This document shows, piece after piece, positions 1 through 8,506 of a stretch of 64,000 bases of DNA. A model generated the notes under the pieces. The model was not told the origin of the DNA and did no database searches. It saw only the letters and a program-made list of their open reading frames with translations. Numbering within the stretch: the stretch's first letter is position 1; every line of letters starts with the position of its first letter. The translations under genes and the position numbers were made by a program. This DNA is from an uncultured Anaerolineales bacterium (GTDB lineage: Bacteria > Chloroflexota > Anaerolineae > UBA2200), in assembly GCA_964478725.1 (NCBI GenBank), contig CAYZKS010000001.1, positions 2,903-66,902 on the forward strand, in the 5' to 3' direction.

Positions 1-967
1 CGATTCCCAGGCCTGTCAGCTCGCGATGAAATGCCATGACTCGCTGCCGGCTCGAAGGCCGGTATTCGCACTCTGCGGTAGGGTTCACTGGGATGAGGTT
101 CACATGGCACAGCAAGTCGCCCAAGATCTCTGCCAGCTCTCTGGCTTGCGCTCGTTCATCGTTGAGCCCTTCGATCAGCGCATATTCAAAGGTGACGCGC
201 CGGCCGCTGCTCTGTGCGTAGGCGCGACAGGACTCGATCAGCTCTGCAATGGGGTAGCGCTTGTTGACCGGAACCAGACGGTTGCGCAGGGCGTCGCTGG
301 GAGCGTGCAGCGAAACCGCCAGACCCACCGCAAGGTTCTCGCTGGTCATGCGTCGGATGCCTGGCACTAGCCCGGCGGTGGAGATGGTGAAGCGCCGAGC
401 CCCCAATCCCATACCACGAGCGTCGTTCAAAACCCGGATCGCCTGCCAAGTGGCCTCATAGTTGGCCAATGGCTCGCCCATGCCCATGAATACCAGGTTG
501 GTGACTGCTTTGCCTTGGCTCTGGAGCTGACGAGCGAAATGCAGCACTTGCGCCACGATCTCACCACTGCTCAGGTTTCTTCTGAATCCACTCTGGCCAG
601 TGGCACAAAAGGGACAGCCGATTGCGCAGCCCACCTGTGTCGAGACGCACACAGTCTGGCGCCCTTCGTACCGCATTAGCACGGCCTCGATGGTCTCACC
701 ATCGCTCAGCTCGAACAAAGTCTTCACCGTCAGCGCGTCCGCCGACGTGCTGCTTTCCAGAGGCGTCAAAGACTGGATGAACGCAGTCTCGGCCAGCTTC
801 TGGCGAAAGGCCGTGGGCAGGTTCTTCATGTCTGCGAAGTCGTGGGCCAGCGAACGGTAGATCCAGGCAAAGAGCTGTTGCGCTCGGAACGTCGGCTCTC
901 CTTGTCCTTCGACCCATGCCAGCATCTCATCGTACGATAGATCCGTCAGCGCAAGCTTGTCAAGCAT
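1..967 (-). CDS. rlmN: 23S rRNA (adenine2503-C2)-methyltransferase RlmN, radical SAM; C-terminus runs off the window start
   Basis: Reverse-strand reading frame is open from ATG at 967..965 to position 1. N-terminus reads MLDKLALTDLSYDEMLAWVEGQGEPTFRAQQLF; radical-SAM motif CxxxCxxC (VGCAIGCPFCATGQ); GMGEPL and ISTAG motifs typical of RlmN/Cfr. Absent from the ORF table because it has no stop inside the window. Confidence 0.85.
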   Translation of the reverse strand, partial: MLDKLALTDLSYDEMLAWVEGQGEPTFRAQQLFAWIYRSLAHDFADMKNLPTAFRQKLAETAFIQSLTPLESSTSADALTVKTLFELSDGETIEAVLMRYEGRQTVCVSTQVGCAIGCPFCATGQSGFRRNLSSGEIVAQVLHFARQLQSQGKAVTNLVFMGMGEPLANYEATWQAIRVLNDARGMGLGARRFTISTAGLVPGIRRMTSENLAVGLAVSLHAPSDALRNRLVPVNKRYPIAELIESCRAYAQSSGRRVTFEYALIEGLNDERAQARELAEILGDLLCHVNLIPVNPTAECEYRPSSRQRVMAFHRELTGLGI

Positions 968-1826
968 ATCGAGTGTCTCCAGCGTCTGTCCGGGAATTGT
1001 TCCCCCTAGTCACGCCATGCTTCTGCCAGGCCTTCAGCCAAGCGCGGTGCAGAGCTGAGATGTCCGCGTACACTAGATCGGGTTTTGGGGCCGATTCGAC
1101 CAACTGTGCAGCCTCCGTGACGCCGCTGAGCAGCAGTATGGTGAAAAGGCCAGCCCTTCGTCCGCCTAGCACGTCAGTGTACAAGCCATCCCCGATGACG
1201 GCCGTTGTCTGCGGTGTGGCCCCCAATCTGTCCAACGCCAGCTCAAAGATGGCCCTCTCTGGCTTGCCAATTACCAGCGGCGCGACGTCCGTGGCGGCCT
1301 CGAGCGCAGCCAGGGTGGCTCCTGCTCCAGGTTCCAGCCCGGTTTCACTTGGAAAAGTCCGGTCTGGGTTGCTTCCGATCAGCCGGGCGCCATTCCGAAC
1401 GGCACGCATTGCTGCGTTCAGCTTGGCGTAGGTGAGCTGGCGATCCAGTCCGACTACCACATACTCGGCGTCCGCTGTGTCAGTCAGCACAAAACCGCTC
1501 TTCAAGAGCTCAGAGCGGATGCCTTCCTCCCCAATCAGGTACACACGACTCCCAGGCGGTGCGATCCTAGTCAGATAGGCCGCAGTCGCTACTGCCGAAG
1601 TAAGAAGGGCCTCCTGGGTTGTCTCGATACCCATGCGCCGCAGCTTGCCTACAAACTGTGCCAGCGTGAGGGTTGAGTTGTTGGTCAACAGCACGAAGCG
1701 CACACCAGCTTCACCCAAGAACGCAAGGAACTCCTTGCCGCCAGCGATTGCCTCGTTGCCATGGTAGAGGACGCCGTCCATATCAACTATGGCATGCTGG
1801 ATCCGCGAGAGGCTCATGGCATCCAT
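960..1826 (-). CDS. HAD-IIA family hydrolase (NagD-like sugar phosphatase)
   Basis: DMDGVLY at the N-terminus, LTNNS and GKP motifs, and a distal GDxxxTD motif (IGDGLYTDV), all characteristic of HAD-IIA. The stop lies 2 nt from the rlmN start. Confidence 0.8.
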   Translation of the reverse strand: MDAMSLSRIQHAIVDMDGVLYHGNEAIAGGKEFLAFLGEAGVRFVLLTNNSTLTLAQFVGKLRRMGIETTQEALLTSAVATAAYLTRIAPPGSRVYLIGEEGIRSELLKSGFVLTDTADAEYVVVGLDRQLTYAKLNAAMRAVRNGARLIGSNPDRTFPSETGLEPGAGATLAALEAATDVAPLVIGKPERAIFELALDRLGATPQTTAVIGDGLYTDVLGGRRAGLFTILLLSGVTEAAQLVESAPKPDLVYADISALHRAWLKAWQKHGVTRGNNSRTDAGDTRYA

Positions 1827-1828
1827 AC

Positions 1829-3190
1829 CTACTCCTCAGAAGCGTACGGCTGCGTTCTCGAGTATGTTTCATAGTCTGACGGCGTGTCGATGTCCACAAG
1901 GGATTGACTCTTCTCGAGATTGACCTCGAGCACACACTCCGGGTGACTCCGGATGACAATGCGGCCGCCCACGTCACCCTGAAGCGTCCACAAGGCTTCA
2001 AAATGGCGACGATCGAACAGCGCGGGCGAGCCGCGATGTGCTTGCCACACGGGAACAACGATGCTCTTGTCGCTGCCGTAGTAGGCCAGCACGATGCGCT
2101 CCAGGTCTTCCTGGGTTAGCTGTGGCTGATCTGCCAGCACGAATAGCGCCGCCTCGATCGCAGGGGCCAGGACGGAGAGTCCTGCGCGAATAGATGAACT
2201 GATGCCAGAAGCCCAATCTGTGTTCACGATGACCTGAACGCCTGTGGGAACGTGCGGCGCAATCTCTTCAGCATGGCTTCCAAGTACCGCCACAACCTGC
2301 TTCAGGTTAGCGTTCAGGACCGTGCGCAATACGTGCTCAACCATGCTGACCTGCCCTACGGGCAGAAGCTGTTTGGGACGCCCGAACCGCCTGGACCCGC
2401 CCGCCGCCAGCACTACCGCAGCCACCCGGCGCCAGTTCTCCAGCACTGGTCTCTCGCTCCCCGCTGCCCCAATCAGCACGCGATCCACGCTTGGGTTGTT
2501 CCGCACCCTGGCGGCGATCAGGCGCGCCGCCGCGAGCAAGCCTCCGTCATCTACCTGGTTGATGAGCGGTACGACGCGAGCTTGGGCAGGGGCACCCTTT
2601 AAGCCACCCAACGGATGTAACAGCACCCGGGCAATGGCCTCGCCCGTAATCGGTTCGTTGTACGCCAGTCCGGTGAGCTTTGCCACCAGGTCAGGGCGAT
2701 GAACGGCATTGGATGATAGCGGCTGGCCCAAGGCGGAAATTCCGCACACAGGAATGAGCAGTGTTGTCTCCTCTGGCACGACAGGTTCGTAAGCGGCAGG
2801 AGCTTTGAGCGGCAATCCTCGGGATCCATCCGCTTCGATAATCACCACGTCGGCCCGCAGCTTCAGCTGTTGTACCCACGCTAGCTCTATGCCCTTCAAC
2901 TTGTTCTCAGCCGTGATCCGCTTCGAAGCCAGAGTGACCGGACTTCGGAGCGGTAGAACTTTGCTGAGCAGCCTCAGCACCTGATCGAGTCTGTCTTCCA
3001 CGATGAGTTCTTGGGTCTGCTGCGAGGACGGAGGGCGGATCATGGTGGTGGTGGTTGTGATAACACGCCAACCTTGGCTGGCCAATTCGGTGGCAAGGCG
3101 GTACATAGCCGTGGTCTTGCCTCCCGCGCCGGTTAGAGAGATGATCTCGCCCTTGTGCACGCCGAGTGCTTCAGACAGTTGCACTGCCAA
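1829..3190 (-). CDS. Fusion protein: YqeC-like P-loop accessory protein (selenium-dependent molybdenum hydroxylase maturation) fused to a MocA/MobA-like molybdenum-cofactor nucleotidyltransferase domain
   Basis: N-terminal half carries SLTGAGGKTT, the P-loop typical of the YqeC family. C-terminal half carries VLAAGGSRRFGRPKQLL, the MobA/MocA NTP-transferase signature. 453 aa in a single ORF. Confidence 0.65.
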   Translation of the reverse strand: MAVQLSEALGVHKGEIISLTGAGGKTTAMYRLATELASQGWRVITTTTTMIRPPSSQQTQELIVEDRLDQVLRLLSKVLPLRSPVTLASKRITAENKLKGIELAWVQQLKLRADVVIIEADGSRGLPLKAPAAYEPVVPEETTLLIPVCGISALGQPLSSNAVHRPDLVAKLTGLAYNEPITGEAIARVLLHPLGGLKGAPAQARVVPLINQVDDGGLLAAARLIAARVRNNPSVDRVLIGAAGSERPVLENWRRVAAVVLAAGGSRRFGRPKQLLPVGQVSMVEHVLRTVLNANLKQVVAVLGSHAEEIAPHVPTGVQVIVNTDWASGISSSIRAGLSVLAPAIEAALFVLADQPQLTQEDLERIVLAYYGSDKSIVVPVWQAHRGSPALFDRRHFEALWTLQGDVGGRIVIRSHPECVLEVNLEKSQSLVDIDTPSDYETYSRTQPYASEE

Positions 3191-3310
3191 CTCCAGCCAC
3201 GCGCTGCCAGAGGGGCCTACGCGGGCACACTCGGCGCCTGAGCGATGTGGTAGCAGCCCTGAGGTCCAAGGTGGGGGAGGAAAACCAGCCTGTGGGTATT
3301 GACTCGGAGC

Positions 3311-3631
3311 TCAGGCATCCTTATCGTCCCTGGATGCGACGTCTTCTTCCACCTGGACTACTGCAGTCGCGATGGCCCAGCTCACCAGACCCCAGATACC
3401 TCCACAGAGCACGACCGCCAGCAGGACGTTGCGGGCCGACAGATTGTTGGCGCGCCCCAGCCCTACCAGGGTTAGCACAATGGCAACGACGGCAAAGACG
3501 CACCCCACGATCACTGGGCCGTCGGGTCGAGACCGGTCTTTTTTCTGGTTTGACGCTGAGGATGGTGTGCCTGAGGTTTTCATCGTTCGACAACCAGCTT
3601 TCTGCACGTCAGCCCGTGCTATTCCTTTCAC
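3311..3631 (-). CDS. Hypothetical small membrane protein (2-3 TM helices)
   Basis: Hydrophobic stretches (VIVGCVFAVVAIVLTLVGL; VLLAVVLCGGIWGLVSWAIA). GTG start overlaps the stop of the upstream MBL gene by 4 nt (GTGA). Alternative ATG start at 3583. Confidence 0.4.
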   Translation of the reverse strand: MKGIARADVQKAGCRTMKTSGTPSSASNQKKDRSRPDGPVIVGCVFAVVAIVLTLVGLGRANNLSARNVLLAVVLCGGIWGLVSWAIATAVVQVEEDVASRDDKDA

Positions 3632-4524
3632 GCAGACCGCAACTGACCTGCGTCAGGAAGGCACCAGAGCAAGCGCTGCTCCCTGACGATATGCGTGATC
3701 TCCCCGCTGTTGCTCAGGTGGCTCAGATGAGCGTGAAGGGTGGGATACAACAGGTAATACTCCTTGACAGTGCGCACTTGAATGCACAGCTGCTTACAAA
3801 TGGCCTGAAACAGTTGGCTGGCCTCGGACGGCCCCTGTGCCAGAAAGGCCTTGATCATGTCCAGAACCTTGGTGACTTGGGCGATGTTGCGATCGATGAG
3901 AGCATCGACATCGTACTGGATATCGCCGTGCCCTAGCACGTAGCGCGCACAGGAGTATCCTCTCAGTTTCTCCAGACTCTGGAGTCGCTGCGTGATGCTG
4001 TAGGCATACGAGATGGCGGCATTGTTCAGTTCCGTATCCCCTGCCAGTATGTCCCCTGTGAAGAACACATCCTGCGGGGCTTGGGGGCTGGCGGGACTCT
4101 CGGAGTGGATGATGTAACCGGTATGTGATGCAGTGTGGCCAGGCAATGGCACAGCCTGAACCTTCACCCCAGCCACGTCCAGCGTGCCTTCTGTCACCGA
4201 GACGTCGGCCTTGCAGGGCTGGGCGGCGAAGCGCGGCGTGCGCAGCTCGTTGAGAGGATCAGCGCCGCCGAACATGCACAGTGTGCCCCACAAGGGGTAC
4301 TCCAGCACCACCGCGTCATAGACCGGCGCGTAGATGCGCGCTCCTGTGTGTTGAACAAGGTATGCATTCCCGCCGACATGGTCCCCGTGCGCGTGCGTAT
4401 TCAGAATGGCAGCCAGGCGCAGATCCTGTTGCTCCAGCATCTGTAGCAACTGGCGGCCTGAACGCTGTCCGACGCCAGTGTCAATCAGGATAGCCTGGCG
4501 ATCTTCGCCAATGACCAGTCCCAC
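3628..4524 (-). CDS. MBL-fold metallo-hydrolase
   Basis: HAHGDHVGG metal-binding motif (HxHxDH) and downstream His residues; about 298 aa. Confidence 0.75.
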   Translation of the reverse strand: MGLVIGEDRQAILIDTGVGQRSGRQLLQMLEQQDLRLAAILNTHAHGDHVGGNAYLVQHTGARIYAPVYDAVVLEYPLWGTLCMFGGADPLNELRTPRFAAQPCKADVSVTEGTLDVAGVKVQAVPLPGHTASHTGYIIHSESPASPQAPQDVFFTGDILAGDTELNNAAISYAYSITQRLQSLEKLRGYSCARYVLGHGDIQYDVDALIDRNIAQVTKVLDMIKAFLAQGPSEASQLFQAICKQLCIQVRTVKEYYLLYPTLHAHLSHLSNSGEITHIVREQRLLWCLPDAGQLRSA

Positions 4525-4652
4525 GTTGCTAGCGCCGGGCAGATAGTAGACATTGTTAACGATGTGTTGAAGGGACAGGAACCGCCTCCTCGCGGTGACG
4601 TTCTTAGCACATCATACCGGAGAGCACACCAAACGCCAAAGTCACTCTGCCT

Positions 4653-4681
4653 TTGTCTTTTCCTCCGAAGGATGATATACT
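4653..4681 (+). promoter_or_regulatory. Putative sigma-70 promoter for the PIG-L/spermidine-synthase operon (TTGTCT-17-TATACT)
   Basis: -35 TTGTCT at 4653..4658, 17-nt spacer, -10 TATACT at 4676..4681; lies 33 nt upstream of the ATG at 4715. Confidence 0.4.
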
Positions 4682-4714
4682 GGGCGGCTGGCACGTTGAT
4701 TCTGGAGCAGGCCT

Positions 4715-5500
4715 ATGCCCAAGCCTCCCATTCAACCGGTCTATCTTTCGCCGCACCTCGACGACGCAGCGCTCTCCTGTGGAGGGCTCATCCATCAGCA
4801 GGCTTGTCGCGGGCAGCGGCCACAAGTAATCACCTTACTGGCAGGGCTGCCGGACTATGCCGAGCTATCCCCCTTTGCCGCGGACATGCATCTTCGCTGG
4901 GGACAGCCGGTTGATCCCGTGTCAGTGCGCCGCTGTGAGGATGCGCTCGCCATGGCCTATCTGGGAGCAGAATACCAGCACTGGGACTACCTGGACTGTA
5001 TCTACCGGCGCGATCCAGATGGCGCGAGCTTCCTCTACACCAGCGAATCAGCCTTGTTTGGCGCGATCCAGCATGAGGAACTGGCCCTGGTCCGTGACCT
5101 GACCGCCCGTCTTCAGAGCAGTTTCTCACCAGCAATGACTCGCTTCTACGCCCCTCTGTTTGGCAAGCACGTAGACCACCGCATTGCGCTCCAGGCTGCT
5201 CTTGCTCTGCGCCGCACAGGCTTCGAAGTTGAGTTCTACAGTGACTACCCCTACGCAGAAGATCCTGATGTGGTCAGGCACGCGCTCTCGGAATGGACTA
5301 CCTTGCCCTTGGCGCGTCTGGTGACGCTCAGCGTCGAAGACCTGAAGTCCAGGATTGGGGCGATCCTGCAGTACCGCTCACAGCTTGACGTGTTGTTCGG
5401 AAGTGAATCAAACGTACAGGCACGAGTCACGGCTTATGCGTGCTCGTTAGGCAGAGGCGGGACCCCCAAGGAGAAGTACTGGCGGGGAGGTGAGCTGTGA
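4715..5500 (+). CDS. PIG-L/LmbE family N-acetylglucosaminyl deacetylase
   Basis: N-terminal LSPHLDDAALSCGG, the zinc-binding HxDD signature of PIG-L/LmbE deacetylases. Confidence 0.7.
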   Translation: MPKPPIQPVYLSPHLDDAALSCGGLIHQQACRGQRPQVITLLAGLPDYAELSPFAADMHLRWGQPVDPVSVRRCEDALAMAYLGAEYQHWDYLDCIYRRDPDGASFLYTSESALFGAIQHEELALVRDLTARLQSSFSPAMTRFYAPLFGKHVDHRIALQAALALRRTGFEVEFYSDYPYAEDPDVVRHALSEWTTLPLARLVTLSVEDLKSRIGAILQYRSQLDVLFGSESNVQARVTAYACSLGRGGTPKEKYWRGGEL

Positions 5501-7073
5501 CCGGCTGGGCCTGCGGGGAGTGTCGCTAGTGCGTGGGCAGCGTTTTTTGCTCCACTTGCTCGTTCTGGCGGGTGGCGCGGCGACTATGAGCGTCGAGATG
5601 TGCGCCTCGCGCCTGCTGGCGCCCCATTTCGGCAATTCGCTGCCCGTGTGGGGCCTCTTGATTGGCCTGTTGTTGGCATACCTCGCTGTGGGCTACACCC
5701 TGGGAGGCAGGCTGGCAGATCGGACTCCGCTCACGAGCCTGCTCTACCAGTTGGCGGGTTGGGCGGGGTTCTTGATCGGCCTCATCCCTGTTGTGTCCCT
5801 GCCCATCTTGCGCTACTCCGCAAGAGGTTTCGCAGGCTATGAGGCTGGCCCCGTGTTAGGTGCGCTTCTCGCTGTGCTGGTCCTATTCGCAGCGCCCGTT
5901 GTTTTGCTTGGCTGCATCTCGCCGTTTGCCGTGCGTCTGAGTGTGCGGGAGTCAGGCTCTGCAGGAAGTGTGGCTGGGCGCGTGTATGCCCTGTCGACGC
6001 TAGGCAGTCTGCTCGGTACGTTCGTGCCCGTGTTCTTGCTGATCCCCACTTGGGGAACCCGGCGCAGCATTCTTGGCACCTCTCTGATGCTGTTGATCGT
6101 GGCGATAGCGGGCCTGTGGCAGGTTGCGCGACGAAGAGCCCTATGGTATATGCTGCTGCTGGCTTTGGTTGTAGGGCTATGCCTCCTGCCACCAGGGGAG
6201 ATCAAGGCCGCACAGGGACTGGTGTACGAGCGGGACTCGGCGTACAACTATATCCAGGTGCTGCACAACGACGATGAGTGGGTACTCAAGCTGAACGAAG
6301 GCGAAGGCATCCAGTCGGCGTACGCCTCGAGGCAGGTGTTGACCGGCTATGTCTATGACTATTTCCTGCTAGCCCCGTTGTTCCGCGCCGAACTGCGGTC
6401 GCTGCCGGTGGACAACCTTTGCTTGATTGGCCTGGCTGCTGGCACGATGGCCAGGCAATACAGCGCAGTGTTTGGACCACTTCCCATAGATGGTGTGGAA
6501 ATCGATCCTGCCGTGGTAGAGGCAGGCCAGCGCTTCATGGGCTTGGACTTGCCCAACCTGCGGGTGATCGTGGAGGACGGTCGCTATTTCCTGGCCCATA
6601 CTGAGGCGCGATACGATGTGATCATCGTGGATGCCTATCGCCCTCCCTACATACCGTTCCAGCTTACTACCGTCGAGTTCTTCCAACAGGTTCATGACCA
6701 TCTGACTCAGGACGGTGTCGTCGCGGTGAATGTGGCCCGTACCGAGGAAGACCGCACGCTGGTGGATGCCATCGCCAGCACCCTCAAAGCGGTTTACCCC
6801 AGCGTCTATGTCATGGATACACAGGGCGACGTCAACAGTATCGTGCTTGCCACCCGCCAACCCACGCGATTGGCAGTGGCCCTAGAGCGCATCGCTGGTG
6901 CCAGTGACCCGCTGCTGCGAGCGGTAGGGGGCCGCGCGCAAGGCCGCATCCAGGAGTATGAATCCATTCAGCGCAAGGTATTGACGGATGATTGCGCTCC
7001 TATAGAACACATCGTGCACGCCATGGTGGCGCGCTATCTTCTGCGGCAGAACGCTTCAGAGGTGAATCCGTGA
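5490..7073 (+). CDS. Fused MFS-like membrane domain / spermidine synthase (polyamine aminopropyltransferase family) protein
   Basis: N-terminal polytopic membrane region with a conserved SRLLAPxFG motif. C-terminal SpeE-like methyltransferase fold (GVEIDPAVVEAGQRF, IVEDGRYFL, YDVIIVDAY). Start is uncertain: GTG at 5490 has no spacing to its RBS; alternative ATG at 5586. Confidence 0.75.
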   Translation: MSCDRLGLRGVSLVRGQRFLLHLLVLAGGAATMSVEMCASRLLAPHFGNSLPVWGLLIGLLLAYLAVGYTLGGRLADRTPLTSLLYQLAGWAGFLIGLIPVVSLPILRYSARGFAGYEAGPVLGALLAVLVLFAAPVVLLGCISPFAVRLSVRESGSAGSVAGRVYALSTLGSLLGTFVPVFLLIPTWGTRRSILGTSLMLLIVAIAGLWQVARRRALWYMLLLALVVGLCLLPPGEIKAAQGLVYERDSAYNYIQVLHNDDEWVLKLNEGEGIQSAYASRQVLTGYVYDYFLLAPLFRAELRSLPVDNLCLIGLAAGTMARQYSAVFGPLPIDGVEIDPAVVEAGQRFMGLDLPNLRVIVEDGRYFLAHTEARYDVIIVDAYRPPYIPFQLTTVEFFQQVHDHLTQDGVVAVNVARTEEDRTLVDAIASTLKAVYPSVYVMDTQGDVNSIVLATRQPTRLAVALERIAGASDPLLRAVGGRAQGRIQEYESIQRKVLTDDCAPIEHIVHAMVARYLLRQNASEVNP

Positions 7074-7744
7074 GGCAACCCGCAATCGTGGGCACCGCCC
7101 GCATCGTGCTGTTGGTCTGCACGCCGTTGCTGCTGCTGCTTTCAAACCTGTACCTGGTGGCTACCCCGGCTTTTATCCGCCACGAGTATGGCAAGGCGGG
7201 CTTTCCACCTGCCGATGTATTCAGCCGGGCCGAGCGCCAAGCTCTGGCCGAGGCTACACTTCACTACCTCAGATCCAACCAGAGCCCTGAATACCTGGCT
7301 AGCCTGTCGGCTGAGGGCAGGAGCGTCTACAACGAGCGCGAGGTCAAGCACTTGGTGGATGTAGAGGCCGTGATGCGCGGAGCCTTCCTGGTGCAGGGCT
7401 TCTGCCTTGTGCTGGCCCTACTAGCGCTATTGCTCTCCTGGAGACTGGGGTTCTGCAGTATCGCACTGCGATCGGTGTGCGAGGGTTGCTGCATTCTAAT
7501 CGTCGGCCTTGCCGTCATCGGTTTTGCGGCTTACTTCAGCTTCGACCTGTTCTTCACGGCCTTTCACCGCATCTTCTTCTCGGGCGATTCCTGGCTGTTT
7601 GCCTTCTCCGACACCCTTATCCAACTCTTTCCGGTCGCCTTCTGGATGGATGCTACCTGGACGTTGGCCTTGCTCGCCGTGGCCGAGAGCATAGCTCTCG
7701 GATGCGTCGCCTGCCTGTTCTACCGGCGAGGGCTGGTGCAATGA
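7070..7744 (+). CDS. DUF1461/TIGR01906 integral membrane protein (Lit-type lipoprotein intramolecular transacylase family)
   Basis: Multi-TM protein with a conserved FHxxFFxxxxWxF motif (AFHRIFFSGDSWLF). GTG start overlaps the upstream stop (GTGA). The ORF-table start at 6992 would overlap the upstream gene by 80 nt. Confidence 0.5.
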   Translation: MRQPAIVGTARIVLLVCTPLLLLLSNLYLVATPAFIRHEYGKAGFPPADVFSRAERQALAEATLHYLRSNQSPEYLASLSAEGRSVYNEREVKHLVDVEAVMRGAFLVQGFCLVLALLALLLSWRLGFCSIALRSVCEGCCILIVGLAVIGFAAYFSFDLFFTAFHRIFFSGDSWLFAFSDTLIQLFPVAFWMDATWTLALLAVAESIALGCVACLFYRRGLVQ

Positions 7745-8379
7745 TCACGATCGAGGAGGCTCGCGCCTACTATCCTGGAGAGGACGCAGCGCACGATTTT
7801 GACCACGTGCTGCGGGTTCTGAACCTGGCGGAGCGCATTGGTACAGCGGAAGGTGCTGACATGCAGGTCCTGCGCGCTGCGGTCCTGCTACACGATGTGG
7901 CGCGCGCAGACGAGGACTGCGGCGGGTGCTGCCACGCTCAAGTCGGTGCGATTCGCGCACGTACCATCCTTGCAGGGCACCCGCCGGACAAAATCGAGGC
8001 TGTTGCCCGTGCCATTGCCACGCATCGCTTCCGTAACGCGGGGGCGCCCGAGACACTGGAGGCGCGCATCTTGTACGACGCCGACAAGCTGGACGCGATT
8101 GGTGCGATCGGGATCGCGCGCGCTTATGCCATCGCCGGCCGTCGCGCTCAGCGCTTGTGGGCAAGTGTCCCGGCCGAGTATGCGCAACGCAGCGTCGTTG
8201 ACGGACGCCATGACCTCGCTGACTCGGAGCACACGCCGGTGCATGAGTTCGTGTTCAAGCTGTCTCGGCTGCACGATACCTTGTTCACCCCAACAGCGAG
8301 GGCCATTGCCGCCCAACGGCATGCCTACATGGTTCAGTTTTTCCACAGGCTTGAGCAGGAAATAGCCGGCGAGCGCTGA
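7741..8379 (+). CDS. HD-domain phosphohydrolase
   Basis: HDFDH...LLHDVAR...YDADKLD, the HD-domain metal-binding signature. ATG overlaps the upstream stop (ATGA). The ORF-table start at 7477 is an unlikely N-terminal extension. Confidence 0.8.
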   Translation: MITIEEARAYYPGEDAAHDFDHVLRVLNLAERIGTAEGADMQVLRAAVLLHDVARADEDCGGCCHAQVGAIRARTILAGHPPDKIEAVARAIATHRFRNAGAPETLEARILYDADKLDAIGAIGIARAYAIAGRRAQRLWASVPAEYAQRSVVDGRHDLADSEHTPVHEFVFKLSRLHDTLFTPTARAIAAQRHAYMVQFFHRLEQEIAGER

Positions 8380-8442
8380 GCCCTGGCGGGGCAACCTCGG
8401 GACTGTGCCGAGCCTCGCCTGCCTGGCGTCGCGGGCGTTGGC

Positions 8443-8471
8443 TTGACAAGCGTTCCAAAGAGTGCTATGAT
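8443..8471 (+). promoter_or_regulatory. Near-consensus sigma-70 promoter (TTGACA-17-TATGAT) for the Rrf2-iscS-mnmA operon
   Basis: TTGACA at 8443..8448, 17-nt spacer, TATGAT at 8466..8471; 36 nt upstream of the Rrf2 ATG. Confidence 0.55.
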
Positions 8472-8495
8472 AATTCCTAGTATTCACTAGGAATT
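8472..8495. promoter_or_regulatory. Perfect 24-bp palindromic operator (AATTCCTAGT-ATTC-ACTAGGAATT), putative Rrf2 autoregulatory site
   Basis: 10-bp perfect inverted arms around a 4-bp centre, immediately downstream of the -10 element and overlapping the predicted transcription start, directly upstream of the Rrf2 regulator gene. Confidence 0.5.
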
Positions 8496-8506
8496 GCGAG
8501 GCTGGC

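Noticed and set aside
26-370. Plus-strand ORFs 26..370, 36..221 and 261..461 from the six-frame track
   Set aside because: They lie antisense to the clearly conserved rlmN reading frame (radical-SAM motifs) that occupies 1..967 on the minus strand. No RBS or family signal.
6369-6860. 163-aa minus-strand ORF inside the spermidine-synthase-like gene
   Set aside because: Antisense to a well-supported coding frame (SpeE motifs). High-GC genomes routinely give long spurious antisense ORFs.
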